A DNA stretch of 64,000 nt. Origin: Vicinamibacterales bacterium. GTDB taxonomy: Bacteria > Acidobacteriota > Vicinamibacteria > Vicinamibacterales > SCN-69-37. Both the position numbers and the translations under genes were made by a program. The stretch's first letter is position 1. Each line of letters opens with the position of its first letter. Of the stretch, positions 58,583 through 64,000 are shown one piece after another. The notes under the pieces are model-generated. The model was not told the DNA's origin. It was given only the letters and a program-made list of their open reading frames with translations, and searched no databases. The DNA lies in the NCBI GenBank assembly GCA_030827135.1, contig JAURFE010000001.1, positions 430,368 through 494,367 on the forward strand, read 5' to 3'.

Positions 58583-58588
58583 ATCATA
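58583..58588 (-). promoter_or_regulatory. Candidate -10 box (TATGAT) 6 nt upstream of the Fe-S oxidoreductase ATG
   Basis: The minus strand reads ctcgaTATGATtcctgcATG. No SD is present. Confidence 0.45.
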
Positions 58589-58600
58589 TCGAGAATCGTT

Positions 58601-58779
58601 GTTATTGAGGATTGAGGAGGGAGGATTGAGGATTGGCAATTGGGAGATTGCTGAATGGAGAGATTGATTGCAGGATTGCGGGGCCCAATCCCCCAATACC
58701 TCAATCAATCCCCCAATCCCCCAATTCCCCAATTGAGCAATTGCCAATCCTCAATCCTCCCTCCTCAATCCTCAATAAC
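58601..58779. repeat. Roughly 180-bp palindrome with perfect 42-bp arms built from heptamer words
   Basis: The left arm gttattgaggattgaggagggaggattgaggattggcaattg (58601-58642) is the exact reverse complement of 58738-58779. The 95-bp spacer is itself an imperfect palindrome centred near 58683-58686 (ggattgcggggcccaatcc). Confidence 0.95.
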
Positions 58780-58790
58780 GCGACAGTGAG

Positions 58791-58796
58791 TACAAT
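58791..58796 (+). promoter_or_regulatory. Candidate -10 box (TACAAT) 6 nt upstream of the pntA ATG
   Basis: gtgagTACAATgactccATG. No SD is present. Confidence 0.45.
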
Positions 58797-58802
58797 GACT
58801 CC

Positions 58803-60344
58803 ATGATCGTTGGCATCGCCAAAGAGGCCATCCCCGGGGAACGCCGCGTCGCAGCCACACCGGACTCTGTTACAAAACTTCAGTCACTCGGTTTCACAAC
58901 GCTTGTTGAATCGGGCGCCGGCCTCGCGGCCGGGTTTGCCGACGATGCCTATGTCACGGCGGGGGCGCGCATCGCGTCCACCGACGAGACCTGGGCGGCA
59001 CACGTCGTCGTCAAGGTCCGCCCGCCACAGGAGGCCGAGGTCGACCGGTTGAGTGCCGGCCAGACACTCATCAGTTACCTGTATCCCGCACAGAATGGGC
59101 CATTGGTAGAGCGGCTGATGGCGCGCGGCGTCACGGCTGTCGCCATGGACCAGGTGCCGCGGACCACCCGGGCGCAGAAGGTGGACGCCCTGTCCTCCAC
59201 CGGCAACCTGTCGGGATATCGCGCGGTGCTTGAGGCGGCCCACATGCTGCAGCGCCCGATGGGCGGCCAGACGACCGCAGCCGGCAAGATCCTGCCGTGC
59301 AAGGTGCTGGTGATTGGTGCCGGCGTGGCGGGGCTTGCCGCGATAGGCGCCGCCCGCGCGCTCGGCGCCATTGTTCGCGCCTTCGACACGCGTCCGGCCG
59401 TGAAGGAACAGGTCGCGTCGATGGGCGCCGAATTCCTGCAGGTGGAGATTGACGAGGACGGCACCGGGCAGGGCGGCTACGCCAAGGAAATGAGCCCCGC
59501 GTTCATTGCCGCCGAAATGGCCTTGTTCGCCGCGCAGGCCAAAGAGGTGGACGTCATCATCACCACCGCCCTGATCCCCGGCAAACGGGCGCCGGTGCTC
59601 ATCACCGCCGACATGGTGCGGTCGATGAAACGCGGGTCAGTCATCGTGGACCTTGCGGCGGAAATGCAGGGCAACTGTGAGTTGACGGCCCCTGGAGAGG
59701 CCGTGACCATCGACGGCGTCACCATCATCGGATACACGGACCTGCCCTCACGACTCGCCCTGCAGGCGTCGTCGCTCTACGCGCAGAACATTGTGCATTT
59801 GCTCGACGAGATGGGCGGCGCGGCCAGGTGCGGGATTGACGAGGCGAATGACATCGTGCGGCCGATGACGGTGGTCAAGGAGGGGGTGCTCTCCTGGCCT
59901 CCCCCTGCGGACGTGGCGCGCTCAACCCCAGCGCGCCCTACATCGCCCCCATCCGCCCAGCCGCGCCCAGCTGCCAAGCCGAGTAGCCACGGGGCCCCTG
60001 CGGGGAATACGTCGTGGACGGTCATTGGTGTGGTCGGAGTGGCGCTGCTTCTGATTGGCCTTGGCGCGCCGCAGAACTTCCTCACGCACCTCACGGTGTT
60101 TGTCCTCGCGTGCGTGATTGGCTACCAGGTCGTCTGGAGTGTGACGCCCGCGCTGCACACGCCGCTCATGAGCGTCACCAACGCCATCAGCGGCATCATC
60201 GTCATCGGGGGCATGTTGCAGATTGGTGGGGGCCTGACGTCCGCGGCCAGCATCATCGGCGCCATCGCCATCTTTCTGGCTGCCCTGAACATCTCCGGCG
60301 GCTTCCTCGTGACCCACCGCATGCTGAAGATGTTCCGCCGATGA
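58803..60344 (+). CDS. pntA: NAD(P) transhydrogenase subunit alpha (dI plus membrane dII-alpha part)
   Basis: MIVGIAKE...ERRVAATP, Rossmann motif [15 protein letters not shown] and C-terminal TM helices. About 513 aa. Confidence 0.95.
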   Translation: MIVGIAKEAIPGERRVAATPDSVTKLQSLGFTTLVESGAGLAAGFADDAYVTAGARIASTDETWAAHVVVKVRPPQEAEVDRLSAGQTLISYLYPAQNGPLVERLMARGVTAVAMDQVPRTTRAQKVDALSSTGNLSGYRAVLEAAHMLQRPMGGQTTAAGKILPCKVLVIGAGVAGLAAIGAARALGAIVRAFDTRPAVKEQVASMGAEFLQVEIDEDGTGQGGYAKEMSPAFIAAEMALFAAQAKEVDVIITTALIPGKRAPVLITADMVRSMKRGSVIVDLAAEMQGNCELTAPGEAVTIDGVTIIGYTDLPSRLALQASSLYAQNIVHLLDEMGGAARCGIDEANDIVRPMTVVKEGVLSWPPPADVARSTPARPTSPPSAQPRPAAKPSSHGAPAGNTSWTVIGVVGVALLLIGLGAPQNFLTHLTVFVLACVIGYQVVWSVTPALHTPLMSVTNAISGIIVIGGMLQIGGGLTSAASIIGAIAIFLAALNISGGFLVTHRMLKMFRR

Positions 60345-61744
60345 CGATGACCACGTCGCTTCTTACTACGTCGTATCTCGCCGCAGCCGTTCTGTTCATC
60401 CTGAGTCTGAAAGGGCTCTCACACCCGGAGACCGCGCGGCGCGGCAATCAGTTCGGCGCACTCGGCATGTTGATTGCCGTGCTGGCGGTGGCCCTCCACA
60501 TGGGCATCCTGGTCTCGCCGACGCTGCTGGGCGTGCTGGCGGTGGCGTCCATCATCGGCGCTCTGGTGGCCGCGCGCGTGGCCATGACGGACATGCCGCA
60601 ACTGGTGGCGCTGCTCCACAGTTTTGTCGGCGCCGCGGCCGTGCTTGTCGGGATCAGCAACCATATGGCGCCGGCCGTGGAACTCACCGGCATCGACAAG
60701 ACCATCCACGATGTCGAGACGTACCTCGGCATCTTCATCGGCGCCCTGACCTTTACGGGCTCGATCATTGCCTGGGGCAAACTCCAGGGGGTGATCCGCA
60801 GCAAGCCGCTGCTCCTGCCGGGGCGGCATCTGCTGAACCTCGCGATGATCATCGCGTGTGTATGGCTCGGCTGGGTGTATCTGGGCAAGGGCCACGACGG
60901 CCTGCCGGAGCTTCTCATCATGACGGCCATCGCGGGCCTTATCGGCATTCACCTCGTGATGGCCATCGGCGGCGCGGACATGCCGGTCGTGGTGTCGATG
61001 CTGAACAGTTACTCCGGCTGGGCGGCGTCGGCGGCCGGCTTCATGTTGTCGAATGACCTGCTGATCATCACCGGTGCGCTCGTCGGGTCATCAGGCGCCA
61101 TTCTGAGCTACATCATGTGTCGCGCGATGAACCGGTCGTTTGTCTCAGTCATCCTCGGCGGTTTCGGCGCGGAGGAAGGGGCCGCGCCGGCCGGGGGTGG
61201 CGCGGCGATCACGGGGGATCTGGTCCCGACCTCCGCAGAAGAGGTCGTCGGCCTGCTGAGAGCCGCCACGTCTGTGATCGTCGTACCGGGCTACGGCATG
61301 GCGGTCGCGCAGGCGCAACACCCGGTGAAGGAGATCGTCCAGATTCTTCGCGAGGCCGGCAAGAACGTGCGTTTTGCGATCCATCCGGTCGCCGGCCGTC
61401 TGCCCGGCCACATGAACGTGCTCCTGGCCGAAGCCAATCTCCCGTACGACATCGTGCTTGAGATGGACGAGATCAACCAGGACTTCCCCACGACGGACGT
61501 CGTGCTCGTCATCGGCGCCAACGACATCGTGAACCCGAGCGCGCTCGATGATCCGTCGAGCCCGATCGCCGGCATGCCGGTGCTCCACGCCTGGGAATCC
61601 GCCGCCTGCATCGTCTTCAAACGCGGCAAGGGGGCCGGCTACGCAGGCGTCGAAAATCCGCTGTTCTTCAAGCCGAAGACCAGGATGCTCTACGGCGACG
61701 CGAAACAATCCGTGGACGCGATCCTCTCACTGCTGAAGGCGTGA
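60341..61744 (+). CDS. pntB: NAD(P) transhydrogenase subunit beta
   Basis: Polytopic N-terminal half and the dIII motif [13 protein letters not shown]...[19 protein letters not shown]. The ATG overlaps the pntA stop (ATGA). Confidence 0.95.
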   Translation: MTMTTSLLTTSYLAAAVLFILSLKGLSHPETARRGNQFGALGMLIAVLAVALHMGILVSPTLLGVLAVASIIGALVAARVAMTDMPQLVALLHSFVGAAAVLVGISNHMAPAVELTGIDKTIHDVETYLGIFIGALTFTGSIIAWGKLQGVIRSKPLLLPGRHLLNLAMIIACVWLGWVYLGKGHDGLPELLIMTAIAGLIGIHLVMAIGGADMPVVVSMLNSYSGWAASAAGFMLSNDLLIITGALVGSSGAILSYIMCRAMNRSFVSVILGGFGAEEGAAPAGGGAAITGDLVPTSAEEVVGLLRAATSVIVVPGYGMAVAQAQHPVKEIVQILREAGKNVRFAIHPVAGRLPGHMNVLLAEANLPYDIVLEMDEINQDFPTTDVVLVIGANDIVNPSALDDPSSPIAGMPVLHAWESAACIVFKRGKGAGYAGVENPLFFKPKTRMLYGDAKQSVDAILSLLKA

Positions 61745-61834
61745 CGGCGTGACTCCCGATGAAGCGGTCGCCGGGCTTCGACCCGGCGCGCGATGACCGA
61801 CCTCAGGCATTTCGACCTGGGGGTCTGACGCCGG

Positions 61835-61840
61835 TAGAAT
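61835..61840 (+). promoter_or_regulatory. Candidate -10 box (TAGAAT) 6 nt upstream of the M24 peptidase ATG
   Basis: TTCGAC, 18 nt, TAGAAT, then gccgcg, then ATG. No SD is present. Confidence 0.45.
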
Positions 61841-61846
61841 GCCGCG

Positions 61847-63169
61847 ATGGAACGTCCCCACGCCCGCACTGCGCTCGGCCTGCTCGCCCTGCTGGCCATC
61901 ATCGCCTCGTCGCTGACCGCCCACGCTCAGGAGGCGCGCCGCCGCTGGGAACTGCAGCGGCAGATTCGGCTCGACAAGTTCGAACAGATCCTGCCCAAGG
62001 CGATGCGCGACTCCGCCATCGACATGTGGATCGTGGCCGTGAAGGAAAACCACACCGACCCGCTGTGGGAGGATCTGGGCCGCGGGTACGTCACCGGCAT
62101 CGGCTACTACGTCTTCACGGTGCGGGGACCAGGGACGGTCGAACGCGCCGCACTTGGCCCCTCCGGCTACATGCTCGAACAGTCGGGCGCCTATGACATC
62201 TTCGGTCCCGCCTCGCAACTCGCCCAATTCGTCCGCGCGCGTGACCCGAAACGCATCGGCGTCAACATGTCGCAGGAAATGGGCACGGCCGACGGCCTGA
62301 CGTACACGATGCACGCACACCTGGTGAAGACCCTCGGCGAACCCTACAGCACACGCCTTGTCAGCGCCGAGCGGCTGGTCAGCGACTTCCGCTCGCATCG
62401 GGTGGCGTCCGAGGTCGTCGCCTACGGCGAGGCCGCCGGCATCGCCGTCCAACTGGCCGAACGCGCGCTCTCAAACGAAGTGATCACCCCGGGCAAGACC
62501 TCGCTGGAAGAGACCGCCTGGTGGTTGCAGGATCGCCTGCTCGAACGCGGCCTCGGGTCCTCGTTCGACATGCCATCGGTCTACGTCACCGGCCCCGATG
62601 GCATCGTGGCCACGTCAAGTGCGTACGTCGTGCAGCCGGGCGACGTGATCATGATCGACTGGGGCGTGGTCCTGATGAACATGGCGACCGATGTCAAGCG
62701 GGTGGCGTACGTCCTGAAACCGGGCGAGACGCGTCCTCCGGCCAGCATCCAGTCGGCGTTCGACAAGGCCATCAAGGTGCGGGACGCGATCAAGCCGGCC
62801 CTGTCTCCGGGCCGGACGGCGGCGGAAACGATGAAGGCGATGGACGCGGCCCTCGCGAAGGCCGGCTATGGCGTCATCGCGTTCAACCGGCCGAACGCCG
62901 ACGACAGGACCGACGTCGCCTACGGCTTCCACCCGGTGGGCAACGCCGGCCACGATGTCGGGCCCTCGATGACCACCTGGCAGCCGCTGCAGCAGACCTT
63001 CACGCTGCATCGTCAGCACATGCTATCGTTTGAGTACTTCGCCTACTCCCCGATCGCCGAGTGGGGCGGCCGGAAGTTGCGCGTGCCGATCGAAGACAGC
63101 GCCATCGTCATGGAGGATGGCGTGCAGTTCCTGCACGCTGCCAACCATCGCCTGCTGGTGATCAGATAA
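61847..63169 (+). CDS. Secreted M24-family metallopeptidase (Xaa-Pro dipeptidase/creatinase-like)
   Basis: Signal peptide LLALLAIIASSLTAHA plus M24-core-like segments (VQPGDVIMIDWGV...ATDVKRV, GFHPVGNAGHDVGP, MLSFEY). Confidence 0.8.
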   Translation: MERPHARTALGLLALLAIIASSLTAHAQEARRRWELQRQIRLDKFEQILPKAMRDSAIDMWIVAVKENHTDPLWEDLGRGYVTGIGYYVFTVRGPGTVERAALGPSGYMLEQSGAYDIFGPASQLAQFVRARDPKRIGVNMSQEMGTADGLTYTMHAHLVKTLGEPYSTRLVSAERLVSDFRSHRVASEVVAYGEAAGIAVQLAERALSNEVITPGKTSLEETAWWLQDRLLERGLGSSFDMPSVYVTGPDGIVATSSAYVVQPGDVIMIDWGVVLMNMATDVKRVAYVLKPGETRPPASIQSAFDKAIKVRDAIKPALSPGRTAAETMKAMDAALAKAGYGVIAFNRPNADDRTDVAYGFHPVGNAGHDVGPSMTTWQPLQQTFTLHRQHMLSFEYFAYSPIAEWGGRKLRVPIEDSAIVMEDGVQFLHAANHRLLVIR

Positions 63170-63181
63170 CTCCGCGCCCCG

Positions 63182-64000
63182 CTAGCCGAGCACCTGCCGG
63201 TAGAGCCGACCTACAGCCGCCGCATGGGCGGCATACGAGAGGTGAGCCACACTGGCCGGCGCGGCCTCTGCCATCCGGCCAGTGAGCGCCGGGTCGGCGT
63301 GCAACAGGCGCAGGCGATCGACCAGCGCGTCCACGTCACGTGCGGCGACGACAAATCCTGTCTCCCCGTCGCGAATCACCTCACTCGCCCCACTCTCGCG
63401 CGTGGCTACCACCGGACGTCCGCACGCGAGCGCCTGGGGAATCACCAGACCGAACCCATCCTCCACCGCCGCGTGGACGAGCACGGACGCGCGCCCATAG
63501 TGCTCGGCCACGGGTTCGCGATTGACGTCACGATGTTCGAGCCGGATCGCCGGGCATCGCTGCGTGTACTCCGCGACAATCTGTTTGCCCCAGCGATCAC
63601 CCGTGCCGCCAATAATCACCATCTCCGCGTTCGACAGGCGCGCGCGTTCAAACGCAGCCATCACATCGTGCACGCCCTTGCGTGGAGTGACTGACGCCAC
63701 CACCAGCACCCGGAACACGTTGTCGGCCTTCGGCATCGGCCTGAAATGGTCGAGATTGATCCCGATCGGAATCACGTGGACCCGGGCGGCCTCCACGCCG
63801 TGCTCCACAAACGTCCGGCGCGCCGCCTCGGAGCAGACCCGCACCGCAGACGCACGCTCCAATTCGTCGAGCACCCGGCGCACCATGCGGGGAGACACGA
63901 ACGTCGGCGCCGACGACCCCACCCGCCGCGCCTCGTCTCGCATGACGCGATCGAGATGCTGAATATGCGTGTTGAGGCTGGTCACAACGCGACGCGCGGA
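63182..64000 (-). CDS. Glycosyltransferase family 4 (N-terminus beyond window end)
   Basis: C-terminal GT-B half with VVATRESGASEVIRDGETGFVV (EX7E-like). The frame stays open to position 64000. Confidence 0.8.
   Translation of the reverse strand, partial: SARRVVTSLNTHIQHLDRVMRDEARRVGSSAPTFVSPRMVRRVLDELERASAVRVCSEAARRTFVEHGVEAARVHVIPIGINLDHFRPMPKADNVFRVLVVASVTPRKGVHDVMAAFERARLSNAEMVIIGGTGDRWGKQIVAEYTQRCPAIRLEHRDVNREPVAEHYGRASVLVHAAVEDGFGLVIPQALACGRPVVATRESGASEVIRDGETGFVVAARDVDALVDRLRLLHADPALTGRMAEAAPASVAHLSYAAHAAAVGRLYRQVLG

Overview
Dense, high-GC bacterial chromosomal segment with about 50 protein-coding genes. Almost all are core housekeeping: cysS, ribF, mazG, comEC, arfB, carAB, bshC, a PBP1A, hrcA-grpE-dnaJ-prmA, rsmE, ilvE, pilT, recX, alaS, hslR, rpsT, leuS-lptE-holA and pntAB. 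There is also a set of signal-peptide-bearing peptidases. The gene content (bacillithiol BshC, a PEGA-domain kinase-like protein, LptE, type IV pilus parts, a huge secreted beta-helix protein) suggests an Acidobacteriota-like Gram-negative, but this is inference only. I found no rRNA, tRNA, CRISPR array, transposase, integrase or recognisable defence or toxin-antitoxin module. I also cannot point to a convincing new multi-gene system. Five things stand out. (1) A 2241-aa secreted mosaic protein (966-7691, minus) contains a 21-unit in-register pentapeptide array, NPDIS, encoded by 15-bp tandem repeats. (2) A dispersed family of strand-asymmetric heptamer arrays (CCTCAAT/ATTGAGG) sits directly upstream of start codons at three loci. 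One locus runs through a gene junction so that copy number sets the reading-frame relationship of two genes. Another forms a roughly 180-bp palindrome with perfect 42-bp arms between two divergent redox operons. (3) A TAnnnT -10-like hexamer lies 5-8 nt upstream of the start codon, without a Shine-Dalgarno sequence, at about a dozen first-in-operon genes, which suggests frequent leaderless mRNAs. (4) A membrane-spanning PEGA-domain protein has a kinase domain that has lost both catalytic aspartates. (5) Short tandem duplications occur repeatedly at stop codons and gene junctions. All functional calls come from motif recognition by eye; no database search was run.
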